Source of the DNA: an uncultured Clostridia bacterium
Lineage (GTDB): Bacteria; Bacillota; Clostridia; TANB77; CAG-508
Direction of reading: 5' to 3'
NCBI GenBank assembly: GCA_944388605.1
Contig: CALXJJ010000003.1
Span: 3,091 to 67,090, forward strand
Length of the DNA: 64,000 nt
Shown: positions 22,290 through 31,312 of the stretch, piece by piece
Layout of the letters: each line of letters opens with the position of its first letter
How positions within the stretch are numbered: position 1 is the first letter of the stretch
Notes under the pieces: generated by a model
What the model was told of the DNA's origin: nothing
Seen by the model: the letters and a program-made list of their open reading frames with translations, nothing else
Databases searched by the model: none
Position numbers and translations under genes: made by a program

Positions 22290-22706
22290 TCTATCAGCTT
22301 ACAGTGTCACTTATTATTAAAGTGGCTCTCGCTGTAAGGAGTAAACTCCCACCGTATGGAAAGCTACCATTACGGTCTGAACCTGGATAACTTGAACCTG
22401 AACTGCTGAAGTGACCTCCGTTACCAAAACGATACAAACATCTCTTCTCTTGTTATTTCTCCTATCTCTTGTGGCTCTCCACTTCCTATTATTCCATCCA
22501 TTTCTGCTATTATTTCATTTATTGCTGTCTCATCCGCTGCCATCGCATTCTCCATATACTCCTTCGTCTCCTCTGCTTTCTTAAACAATCCATTCTCTCC
22601 TAATGCTACATTTATTGTTACTCCTGCTAATATTATTAATACTATTATTGTCACTGCTAATGCTATTAGTGTTATACCGCTTATTTTGTTTTAGTTTAAC
22701 TTTCAC
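22290..22706 (-). pseudogene. frameshifted small secreted/membrane protein gene with pilin-like N-terminus and atypical GC-rich codon usage
   Basis: N-terminus MKVKLKQNKR (frame A, GTG 22706 with GGAG RBS). Body is in frame B (ISGITLIALAVTIIVLIILAGVTINVALGENGLFKKAEE...EEMFVSFW*), ORF track 22421..22654. Gly/Ser-rich continuation (GNGGHFSSSGSSYPGSDRNGSFPYGG...) in a third frame through 22290. Codons ACG/GCG/GAG/CAC/TTC/GGG are atypical for this genome. Confidence 0.35.
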
Positions 22707-22771
22707 TAACATTCTCCTCTCTCATGTATTTAATTTATTATATCTATGCTTTAGGCTTTTCATCTATCTAG

Positions 22772-22893
22772 CAAGGCAAAGAATTGACCTTTTGGCTAGG
22801 CAAGCAAGCGAGAAAACCGGAGGTGTACTTTTGAACACCAAAGGATTTTCAATGCAAAGCTGCCACCAAGCCAAAAGTCAATTATTTGCCTTG
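22772..22893. repeat. 122-bp GC-enriched element bounded by 25-bp near-perfect terminal inverted repeats (MITE-like or structured RNA)
   Basis: Left caaggcaaagaattgaccttttggct versus reverse complement of right caaggcaaataattgacttttggct. No ORF. Confidence 0.35.
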
Positions 22894-22908
22894 CGGTAAC
22901 TATGACGT

Positions 22909-22955
22909 ATCAAAAGCATAGGCTATTTTACTATAAAATAACCTATGCTTTTGAT
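22909..22955. terminator. terminator-like hairpin (11-bp stem)
   Basis: caaaagcatagg...cctatgcttttg followed by ATTTATT. Confidence 0.3.
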
Positions 22956-22999
22956 TTATTCTATTTAATTTTCTTATTATTTTTCCTCTAAAGTTTACG

Positions 23000-23024
23000 A
23001 TATATATATATATATATATATATA
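23000..23024. repeat. (TA)12 dinucleotide microsatellite
   Basis: tatatatatatatatatatatata, seen directly. Confidence 0.9.
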
Positions 23025-23486
23025 CAGCCCCAAGGCTTTCAGCCATTTTTCTCATTTCTTTTGTTCTCCTTTTGCTTGTTTTTTATTATCTTTTTTCCTA
23101 CAACTTTTATTTATTATATACTTATTTCTCCTATTTTTGCAATACTTTTTTCTTTTATTTTCCTTTTGTATATTAATTCCTAATTTACAAATTTGGCACT
23201 TCCCATAAAATGTTAAAAGAATTATTAATTGGAATAATGCGTTTTTTTGCAAACTTTTCGCGTCAACAAATTTTATAATCTTCTTGCTAAATTTTAATTT
23301 AACATATTTTATTGAATAGTTTATTGTTGTTCGCTATAAAGAACATTTTATTGTAAGATACTTTACTTTCTTGTCACACAAAAATCTCTATTCCTATTGA
23401 TACTGTTTACTCCAAATAGTAACCCTTAATTTCCACACTTTTTCAATTGACATAATTAAGGTTTTTTAATTTTTTTTCAAAACATG

Positions 23487-23515
23487 TTGCAAATTTTCAA
23501 TAATAATTGTATAAT
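23487..23515 (+). promoter_or_regulatory. sigma-A promoter for tRNA-Trp
   Basis: TTGCAA-17 nt-TATAAT, about 27 nt upstream of tRNA 5' end. Confidence 0.55.
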
Positions 23516-23541
23516 AAATAAGAATTGTTTTTTTAGATATA

Positions 23542-23616
23542 GGGGTATGATGTTAATGGTAGCATACTGGTCTCCAAAACCAAGTGTGAGGGTTCGAATC
23601 CTTCTACCCCTGCCAA
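23542..23616 (+). tRNA. trnW: tRNA-Trp (anticodon CCA), CCA 3' end encoded
   Basis: aggggta acceptor pairing with tacccct. Anticodon loop ctCCAaa. T-arm gggttcgaatcc. Close to B. subtilis tRNA-Trp. Confidence 0.9.
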
Positions 23617-23792
23617 AACGGACAAATCTCGCTTTGCGAGAACTTTTCTCTACTTTTCTAACTTAACTATATATATTTAAGTTCTCGAAGAAGAGTAAAG
23701 ATTTGTCGACGCGAAAAATTGCATAGCAATTTTTCTGTGCAATGTTGTTTTTTATTGAATAAGAAAACTCGATTTTTCCTATTCAATAAAAA
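23617..23792 (+). repeat. copy A of about 172-bp repeat (inverted relative to copy B at 44996-45167)
   Basis: Aligns over about 170 nt to the reverse complement of 44996-45167 with a handful of mismatches. Internal palindromes ctcgctttgcgag, gaaaaattgcatagcaatttttc, ttgaataag...cctattcaa. Confidence 0.75.
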
Positions 23793-23794
23793 CT

Positions 23795-23832
23795 AAAAAA
23801 GCCTTAAAATATTGATTATTTAAGGCTTTTTT
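23795..23832. terminator. bidirectional terminator hairpin at whiA 3' end
   Basis: aaaaaagcctt-aaaatattgattattt-aaggctttttt, A/T runs on both sides. Confidence 0.5.
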
Positions 23833-24677
23833 AGTTTTTTTGTTATTTCTTCTGCTATTTTTTCTATAGATTTTAATCTATGATTTATTCCAGATTTTCC
23901 TATTTTTTCTGTTAACATATGTCCTAATTCAGCAAGTGTTGCTTCAGGATTTTCTAACCTTAATTTAGCTACTTCTTGTAATTGCTCTGGAATTTTATTA
24001 AACTCATTATATTTCTGTATTATTTTAATTGCTTGTATTTGTTTTGCTGAGGCTTGTGCAGTTTTATTTAAGTTTGCAGTTTCACAATTTACTATTCTAT
24101 TAACATTATTCCTCATATCTCTTAATGCTCTTGCTTCTTCAAATTTAAGTACTGAAGTGTTAGCTCCTATGAATGCTAAAAATTTTGATATTTCATCTCC
24201 ATCTTTTATATATACAGAATTACCATTACTTTTTCTTATTCTTTTTACTTCTATACCATATTTATTTAGTATTTTACTTATTTTGTCCACTAATACATCT
24301 TCTTTTATATTTATTTCTAAATGATAATTATTTTTTGGTTCATTTATAGAACCATTCCCCATAAAAACTCCTCTTATATATGCTTTTTCTAATACTTCTT
24401 TACTTAAATTTATACTTTCTATTTTCAAATTATTTTTAAAGGTAACTATATAATTATTTCCTTTCACTTGTATATTATACTTTTCTATACCTATATTTTT
24501 AAGCAATTTTATAAATCTGTTTATATTATATTCATTTTCTGTTGCATATTCTATATTTTTATTTGTTTCTATTCTTTTATTAATCATGTACCCTTTAAAT
24601 TCTGCTAATACTGACTCTTTGTCCTTCAAATTTTTAATTTTGCTAAGTTCCTCTTTTACATCAAAACTAAAAGACAT
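23820..24677 (-). CDS. whiA: DNA-binding protein WhiA (sporulation/cell-division regulator)
   Basis: N-terminus MSFSFDVKEEL, degenerate LAGLIDADG-like core, C-terminal HTH (LAELGHMLTEKIGKSGINHRLKSI). Confidence 0.8.
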   Translation of the reverse strand: MSFSFDVKEELSKIKNLKDKESVLAEFKGYMINKRIETNKNIEYATENEYNINRFIKLLKNIGIEKYNIQVKGNNYIVTFKNNLKIESINLSKEVLEKAYIRGVFMGNGSINEPKNNYHLEINIKEDVLVDKISKILNKYGIEVKRIRKSNGNSVYIKDGDEISKFLAFIGANTSVLKFEEARALRDMRNNVNRIVNCETANLNKTAQASAKQIQAIKIIQKYNEFNKIPEQLQEVAKLRLENPEATLAELGHMLTEKIGKSGINHRLKSIEKIAEEITKKLKKP

Positions 24678-25510
24678 TAGTTCCCCCTATCTTTTGTTGC
24701 AATTATAATTCTGTCATTTCCAGAGATATCCTTCTTGCAATAAATATTTTTATAATTTTTTTCTTTTTTTAATAGTTCTATTACAGAATTTCTTTGATTA
24801 TAGCCTATTTCAAGTGCTAATATTCCATTTTCTTTTAAATATTTTACAGCATTTTTAGCTATTATTTTATAATAGTTTAGTCCATCTTTTCCGCCATATA
24901 ACGCAATTAAAGGTTCATGTTTTACTTCTAAATTCAAATTTTCCATATCTTTTTCATCAATATATGGTGGATTAGAAACTATTATATCGTATTTATCATT
25001 AATATTTTCAAACATATCTGATTTAACTATTCTTAAATTTTTTTCTAATATATTAATACTATTTTTTTTAGCTATTTTTAATGCTTTTTCACTTATATCT
25101 GACAAAGTAACATTTGCTCCTGTTATAGCACAAATACTTATACCTATAGCTCCGCTTCCAGTACATAAATCTAATATACTGTCACTTTTCTTAGCTAATT
25201 TAACTACCTCTTCTACTAATATTTCTGTATCTGGTTGGGGTATTAATACATTTTCATCCACAAAAAATTTACATTTCATAAATTCTTGAGTATTAGTAAT
25301 ATATTGAACAGGCATTCCATTTTTTAACTTTTCTAGATCTTTTATAAAGATTTCTTCTGTTTTTGGATCTATCTCTTTGTCTTGGTTTATTACAAGAAAG
25401 CTAGTATCTACATTTAATAGATATTTTAACAATATTTTTATTTTTATACTAGCTTCTTCTACATTTTTTAATTCTCTAATTCCATATGTTCTTAATTCTC
25501 TTAATTTCAT
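24677..25510 (-). CDS. prmC: release factor glutamine methyltransferase PrmC/HemK
   Basis: SAM-MTase motif DLCTGSGAIG and NPPY. Confidence 0.9.
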   Translation of the reverse strand: MKLRELRTYGIRELKNVEEASIKIKILLKYLLNVDTSFLVINQDKEIDPKTEEIFIKDLEKLKNGMPVQYITNTQEFMKCKFFVDENVLIPQPDTEILVEEVVKLAKKSDSILDLCTGSGAIGISICAITGANVTLSDISEKALKIAKKNSINILEKNLRIVKSDMFENINDKYDIIVSNPPYIDEKDMENLNLEVKHEPLIALYGGKDGLNYYKIIAKNAVKYLKENGILALEIGYNQRNSVIELLKKEKNYKNIYCKKDISGNDRIIIATKDRGN

Positions 25511-25516
25511 GTTTTA

Positions 25517-26953
25517 TTAATACTGCCTTCCCCATACAATCATTGTTTTAGCTGGTCTACCACAGCAAACACATACATCTGATAAATGTTCTTGTTCAAA
25601 AGGTATACATCTTGATGGTGCTCCTGTTATCTCTTTTACTTTATCTTCACATTCTTGATTACCACACCACATAGATTTTACAAATCCTTGATTTTCTTCT
25701 AAATTTTTCTTTAATTCTTCGATATTTGTAGCAATAGTGGTTTTTTCTTCCATTCTTTTTTTACATATATTAAACATATTTACTTGAATATTCTTTAACA
25801 TTTCATCTATTTTTGTTTCTATATCTTCCAACTTTACTTGTATTTTTTCTGATGTATCTCTTCTTACTAAAATTGCTTCTCTTTTTTCTATATCTTTAGG
25901 TCCTATTTCAATTCTAATTGGAACTCCTTTCATTTCCCATTCATTAAATTTATATCCAACTGAATAGTTATCCCTATCATCTAGTTTAATTCTTATTCTT
26001 TCATTTAGTCTATTTTTTAACTTGTATGCTTCATCCAGAACTCCTTCTTTTTGTTGAGCAATAGGAACAATTACAGCTTGAATTGGTGCAACAAGTGGTG
26101 GTAATTTTAATCCTCTATTATCTCCATGAGCCATTATAACAGCTCCTATTAACCTTGTACTTATTCCCCAAGAAGTTTGATATGCATATTCTTGTTCACC
26201 TTTTCTGTTTTGGAATTTAATATCAAAAGGTTTTGTAAAGTTTTGACCTAAATAGTGTGATGTTCCTCCTTGTAATGCTCTTCCATCATGCATTAATGTT
26301 TCTATTGTGTATGTTGATTCTGCTCCTGCAAACTTTTCTTTCTCTGTTTTTTTCCCTTTTAGTACTGGTATTGCTAACAGATTTTCTACAACATCTGCAT
26401 ATACATCTAACATATCTAATGTAAAATCCTTTGCTTCTTTTTCTGTTTCATGTATTGTATGTCCTTCTTGCCATAAAAACTCTCTTGAACGTAAAAAAGG
26501 TCTTGTTTCTTTTTCCCATCTTAGTACATTACACCATTGATTATATAGAAAAGGTAAATCTCTCCATGAATTTAACCATTTTGAATACATTGTTGAAAAT
26601 ATAGTTTCTGATGTAGGTCTTACACATAATCTTTCTTCTAATTCTTCTCCTCCTCCAATTGTAACCCAAGCTACTTCTGGTGCAAAACCTTCTACATGTT
26701 GTTTTTCTTTATTTAATAGCTTCTCTGGAATTAAAATCGGCATGGATATATTTTTCACTCCATGTTTCTTAAATTTTTCATCTACATATTTTTGTATATT
26801 TTCCCATATTTCATATCCATATGGTCTTATTGCAATAAATCCTTTCACATCAGTATAATCTGCAAGTTCTGCTTTTAATACAATATCTGTATACCATTGT
26901 GGGAAATTTTTATCTATATCTGTTATTTCTTTAACAAATTCCTTTTTTTCCAT
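25517..26953 (-). CDS. proS: proline--tRNA ligase, archaeal/eukaryotic-type (class IIa, no editing insertion)
   Basis: 478 aa. Class II motifs and C-terminal zinc-binding CC..C. Confidence 0.9.
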   Translation of the reverse strand: MEKKEFVKEITDIDKNFPQWYTDIVLKAELADYTDVKGFIAIRPYGYEIWENIQKYVDEKFKKHGVKNISMPILIPEKLLNKEKQHVEGFAPEVAWVTIGGGEELEERLCVRPTSETIFSTMYSKWLNSWRDLPFLYNQWCNVLRWEKETRPFLRSREFLWQEGHTIHETEKEAKDFTLDMLDVYADVVENLLAIPVLKGKKTEKEKFAGAESTYTIETLMHDGRALQGGTSHYLGQNFTKPFDIKFQNRKGEQEYAYQTSWGISTRLIGAVIMAHGDNRGLKLPPLVAPIQAVIVPIAQQKEGVLDEAYKLKNRLNERIRIKLDDRDNYSVGYKFNEWEMKGVPIRIEIGPKDIEKREAILVRRDTSEKIQVKLEDIETKIDEMLKNIQVNMFNICKKRMEEKTTIATNIEELKKNLEENQGFVKSMWCGNQECEDKVKEITGAPSRCIPFEQEHLSDVCVCCGRPAKTMIVWGRQY

Positions 26954-27131
26954 TCTTACAATTCTTCCTTTCCAAGGTATAAATTTTCTTACCTTAATAT
27001 TTTTCAGTAATTATATTATCATATATATCTATTATTTTCAAGTTTTTCAGAGTATTTCACATAATTCATTTACAAATATATTTTTTTGTAGTAAAATAAC
27101 CTAAATAATTTATATAAATGCGAGGTAATTT

Positions 27132-27599
27132 ATGTTTACATATATTTCAAAATCTGAAAAAGATACAAAAAATTTTGCAAAATTAATTGCTGAAAAACTA
27201 AATTCAAAAGATATTATTGTATTAACAGGCGAATTAGGCTCTGGTAAGACTAAATTTGTTGAAGGCATTCTTTCATATTTCAATTTAGATGATGAAATTT
27301 CATCACCCACTTTTACTATAGTGAATGAACATTATACTAAAAAACTTAATTTATATCATTTTGATGTTTACAGGCTGGAAGATATTGATGAATTTTATGA
27401 AATGGGTGGAGAAGAATATTTTGATAAAGGTGCATGCATAATTGAATGGGGTGAAATCATTCAACAATCATTACCAATGCCATATATTCACATTATATTT
27501 AATAAAAATGAAGAAAATGAAAATTTAAGAACTTTAAATATTGAAATAATAGGTTCTAGTAAGAAATGGAGTGATTTTTTTGAAAATACTTGTCATTGA
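27132..27599 (+). CDS. tsaE: tRNA t6A37 biosynthesis ATPase TsaE
   Basis: P-loop GELGSGKT. Confidence 0.9.
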   Translation: MFTYISKSEKDTKNFAKLIAEKLNSKDIIVLTGELGSGKTKFVEGILSYFNLDDEISSPTFTIVNEHYTKKLNLYHFDVYRLEDIDEFYEMGGEEYFDKGACIIEWGEIIQQSLPMPYIHIIFNKNEENENLRTLNIEIIGSSKKWSDFFENTCH

Positions 27600-28254
27600 T
27601 ACAGCTTCTCAATCTTGTTTAGTTGCTATATATGAAGATTTTAAATGCATATGCGAAAAAATTAATACTAATGAATTAACTCATTCTCAAAAATTAATGC
27701 CACTTATAGATTCTTGTCTCAAAGAATCTAACAATACTTTAAATGATATTAATTTAATTATATGTTCACAAGGTCCAGGCTCTTTTACAGGTATAAGAAT
27801 TGGTATTTCAACTGTAAAAGCATTTAATGATGTTAAAAATATTCCTTTAATTGGTGTTAGCTCTTTAGAATCACTTGCATACAATGTATCTAATTCTAAT
27901 GTTTGTAGTATTATAGATGCAAAACACAATAATGTGTATGCAGGTGTATTTGAGTTTACAAACTCTGTTTGTATAGGTTCTAAACTAATATCTTGTTCTA
28001 TATCTGAATTAAATAATTTTATAGATAAAAATAACATAACTTTTGTTGGAGATGGTTCCATTATATATAAAGATTTTTTAAAAACTAATTTCCCAAATTC
28101 TTGTTTTTCATTGACAAACAATTTTAAAAGTATATCTTATGTAAAAGCTGGATTAAACCATTATATTTCTGGAGATATAAGAGATTCTTCACAATTATCT
28201 CCTATATATTTAAAAAAATCTCAAGCTGAAAGAGCTTTGGAAGGTGAAAAATAG
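27580..28254 (+). CDS. tsaB: tRNA t6A37 biosynthesis protein TsaB
   Basis: KILVIDTAS...ASG fold. TTG start chosen for RBS spacing (track 27571). Confidence 0.85.
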   Translation: MKILVIDTASQSCLVAIYEDFKCICEKINTNELTHSQKLMPLIDSCLKESNNTLNDINLIICSQGPGSFTGIRIGISTVKAFNDVKNIPLIGVSSLESLAYNVSNSNVCSIIDAKHNNVYAGVFEFTNSVCIGSKLISCSISELNNFIDKNNITFVGDGSIIYKDFLKTNFPNSCFSLTNNFKSISYVKAGLNHYISGDIRDSSQLSPIYLKKSQAERALEGEK

Positions 28255-28691
28255 TGTTTAAATTTACTAAAATGACTAATGAACATTTTAAAAAGATTAA
28301 AGATGTACTATATTCTGATTTTGATGATTTTTGGAGTTTGAATACTTTTGAATCAGAATTATCTAACCCTAATTCTCTATACTTTGTTTGTATTGATGGT
28401 GATAAAATAATTGGTTTTGTTGGAATCTGGCAAGCAATTGATACAATTCATATAATGAATATAGTAACAAGAAAAGATTTTAGAAATATTGGAGTTGCAA
28501 ATTTTATGCTAAAAAATATCATTAATTTTTCTCAATCCATTTCTGAAGTAACTTCTATCACTTTAGAAGTTAATGAAAAAAATATTTATGCTATAAAACT
28601 CTATGAAAGTTTTAATTTTAAAAAATTAGGTATTAGGAAAAAATACTACAATAATTCTGATAATGCAATAATTTATACATTATTTTTATAA
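28254..28691 (+). CDS. rimI: ribosomal-protein-alanine N-acetyltransferase RimI (GNAT)
   Basis: GNAT motif RNIGVANFML, in tsaE-tsaB-rimI arrangement. Confidence 0.8.
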   Translation: MFKFTKMTNEHFKKIKDVLYSDFDDFWSLNTFESELSNPNSLYFVCIDGDKIIGFVGIWQAIDTIHIMNIVTRKDFRNIGVANFMLKNIINFSQSISEVTSITLEVNEKNIYAIKLYESFNFKKLGIRKKYYNNSDNAIIYTLFL

Positions 28692-28792
28692 TAATTTGTA
28701 ATTAATTTTTTTAGTTTTTTCTATTAATATCTTTACTATTTCTATTTTTTATAATATACTTATCACATACTATAGAGATAGGAGAGATACAG

Positions 28793-31186
28793 ATGAAAAA
28801 CAAATTAGAATTATCTTATAAAGATTTAAAGATGACTTGCAATCCTGATGTTTTTGAACATGATTCAACAGAAGAGTACACTTCTATTGATACAGGTATA
28901 GGTCAAGACAGAGGCATTAAAGCACTAGAATTTGGAATTAATGTTGATATAAAAGGATATAACATTTATCTTGAAGGACCTGATGGTGTTGGAAAAACAA
29001 TGTACACCAAACATTACTTAGATAAAATATCAAAAAAGAAAAAAACTCCTTCTGATTGGTGTTATATCTATAATTTTGATAATCCAAATGAACCTATATC
29101 TCTTTCTTTACCTGCTGGTCAAGGGAAAGAATTTAGAGATACAATGAATAGCTTTATAAAAGATATTAGAAATGATATTAGAAATACTTTCGATAATGAA
29201 GACTTCGAAAAAGAAAAAACTCTAATAAGACAAGAATATCAAGAAAAGCGTAATATTTTAATGGATAAATTAAATTCTAATTCTATTAAATATGGTTTTC
29301 AAGTTAAATCTGCCCAAAATGGAATATATATGATGCCAGTTATTGATGGCAGAACTATAGCTGAAGAAGAATTTGATAAATTAGATGAACAAACCAAAAA
29401 AGAATTCGAAGATAAATCAACAATAGTGCAAGAACAAATAATGCAAGTTATTGCACAAATAAAAGCAATTGAAAGAGAAGCAGAACAAAAAATTGATGAA
29501 TGGCAATCTAATATTGCACTTCTTACAATTAGTGGTCATATAAATCTTATTAAAGCTAAATTTAAGAGAAATAAAAAAATTAATAAATTTTTAGATAATG
29601 TTAAAAATGATATTCTAAAAAATATTTCACTATTTGCAACACATGAAGAAAAACAGCAACCAACTGTTGTTAATACTCCAAGACCTGAACAACCAAAGCC
29701 TTGGGAAAATTATAGAATTAATTTATTTATAGATAATAGCAATGTTGAGGGAGCTCCTGTTATAATGGATTCAAATTACTCATATCCTAATGTGTTTGGT
29801 AAATTAGAATATGAAAATTATTATGGTTCTTTAAAAACAAACTATATGATGTTAAAACCTGGTTTACTTCATATTGCTAATGGTGGTTATATAATATTTC
29901 AGGCAAAAGATTTATTATCAAATCCTATGAGTTATGAAGCTTTAAAAAAAGCATTAAGAATGAAAGAATTACTTATAGAAAACACTATAGATCAACGTTC
30001 ATCAATGGTAATGGTCTCTTTAAAACCTGAATCAATCCCTTTAGATGTTAAAGTTATTTTAATAGGAAGTGATAATATTTACCAAACATTACTTGCTATG
30101 GATAGTGATTTTAGAAAATTGTTTAAAATAAAAGTAGAATTTGAAGATGATGCCCCTATTACACCTGAAAACATGAATAAATTAGCTCGTTTTGTTCATG
30201 GCTTTTGTGAACAAGAAGATTTGCTACCTTTAGATAGAACAGCAATGGCAAAAGTAGTAGAATATTCATCTAAACTTGCAGATGATCAAACAAAACTATC
30301 AACTAGATTTAATGATTTAGCTCAAATTGTTGGTGAAGCATCAACATGGGCAAAAATGAATAGAAAGAAAATTGTTACAGATGAATTTATAGAAAAATCT
30401 TTGTCAGAAAGAATAGAAAGAGTTAAGAAATATGATAGCAAATATCTTGAAATGATAAAAGAAAACACTTTACTTATATCTACATCTGGTTATGAAATAG
30501 GACAAATAAATGGCTTAACAGTAATGAGTATAGGAGATTATTCTTTTGGTAAACCTGTAAAAATAACTGCAAATACTTATGTTGGTAGTAAAAGTGGTGT
30601 TGTTAATATTGAAAGAGAAGTTTCTATGTCTGGTTCTTCACATTCAAAAGGTGTTCTAATTTTAACTGGTTACATAGGTAAATTATTTGCCCAAGATATT
30701 CCACTTTCATTAACAGCTAGTATTTGTTTTGAACAATTATATAATGGTGTAGATGGTGATAGTGCTTCTAGTACAGAAGCATATGCTATACTTTCAGAAC
30801 TTTCTGGAGTTCCTATTAATCAGTCACTTGCTGTTACTGGCTCTGTTAATCAAAAGGGTGAAATACAACCTATTGGTGGAGTTAACGACAAAATTGAGGG
30901 ATTTTTTCAAATATGTAAAATGAGAGGATTAAATGGCTCTCATGGTGTAATTATTCCTGTTCAAAATGTTAGAAATCTAAATCTTTCTACAGAGGTTATT
31001 GAAGCAGTTAAAAAACATTTATTTCACATATATGCAATATCAACCATTGATGAGGGTATAGAATTATTAACTGGTGTACCAGCTGGAAAAAAAGATAAAG
31101 ATGGACATTTTCCTGCAGGTAGTATAAACTATTTAGCATATGAAAAATTAAAAAAATATTCAAAAATAAGTGAAGGAAAAAAATAA
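28793..31186 (+). CDS. Lon-like (LonC-type) protease: AAA-like module with long helical insertion plus S16 Ser-Lys protease domain
   Basis: Walker A GPDGVGKT. Walker B position reads GGYIIFQAKD (no DE). Protease motifs DGDSASS and GGVNDK(I). 797 aa. Confidence 0.8.
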   Translation: MKNKLELSYKDLKMTCNPDVFEHDSTEEYTSIDTGIGQDRGIKALEFGINVDIKGYNIYLEGPDGVGKTMYTKHYLDKISKKKKTPSDWCYIYNFDNPNEPISLSLPAGQGKEFRDTMNSFIKDIRNDIRNTFDNEDFEKEKTLIRQEYQEKRNILMDKLNSNSIKYGFQVKSAQNGIYMMPVIDGRTIAEEEFDKLDEQTKKEFEDKSTIVQEQIMQVIAQIKAIEREAEQKIDEWQSNIALLTISGHINLIKAKFKRNKKINKFLDNVKNDILKNISLFATHEEKQQPTVVNTPRPEQPKPWENYRINLFIDNSNVEGAPVIMDSNYSYPNVFGKLEYENYYGSLKTNYMMLKPGLLHIANGGYIIFQAKDLLSNPMSYEALKKALRMKELLIENTIDQRSSMVMVSLKPESIPLDVKVILIGSDNIYQTLLAMDSDFRKLFKIKVEFEDDAPITPENMNKLARFVHGFCEQEDLLPLDRTAMAKVVEYSSKLADDQTKLSTRFNDLAQIVGEASTWAKMNRKKIVTDEFIEKSLSERIERVKKYDSKYLEMIKENTLLISTSGYEIGQINGLTVMSIGDYSFGKPVKITANTYVGSKSGVVNIEREVSMSGSSHSKGVLILTGYIGKLFAQDIPLSLTASICFEQLYNGVDGDSASSTEAYAILSELSGVPINQSLAVTGSVNQKGEIQPIGGVNDKIEGFFQICKMRGLNGSHGVIIPVQNVRNLNLSTEVIEAVKKHLFHIYAISTIDEGIELLTGVPAGKKDKDGHFPAGSINYLAYEKLKKYSKISEGKK

Positions 31187-31214
31187 GAATACATATAATA
31201 TTTATTAGAATATA

Positions 31215-31269
31215 GAACAAATCGGAAAGCCTTAAAATTTATATTAATTTTATCTTTCCTATTGTATAA
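31215..31269 (+). repeat. copy of short interspersed hairpin repeat in asd leader
   Basis: agaacaaatcggaaagccttaaaatttatattaattttatctttcctattgtata. Stem aatcggaaag/ctttcctatt. Confidence 0.45.
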
Positions 31270-31312
31270 AATAAATATTTGTATATTCTAACTATTATTA
31301 AGGAGTGACTTT

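Noticed and set aside
22296-22430. GC-rich patch considered as tRNA, tmRNA or SRP RNA
   Set aside because: No cloverleaf, no T-loop GTTCGAATC-like motif, no SRP helix-8 GGAAGGAAGCAGC motif. It reads better as GC-rich coding remnant (Gly/Ser codons) continuous with the adjacent ORF.
22603-22899. 98-aa Leu-rich plus-strand ORF
   Set aside because: Poly-Leu translation, antisense to the small acidic ORF and running through the TIR element. Spurious.
23000-23024. Possible CRISPR or tandem repeat array
   Set aside because: Only a simple (TA)12 microsatellite. No repeat-spacer architecture anywhere in the window, and no cas genes.
23052-23252. 66-aa Lys-rich ORF in the non-coding stretch upstream of tRNA-Trp
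   Set aside because: Low-complexity product, no RBS, AT-rich intergenic DNA.
28793-31186. Lon-like protease as BrxL of a BREX defence system
   Set aside because: No brxA/B/C, pglX or pglZ neighbours. Flanked by tsaEB-rimI and asd. It better fits the LonC family.
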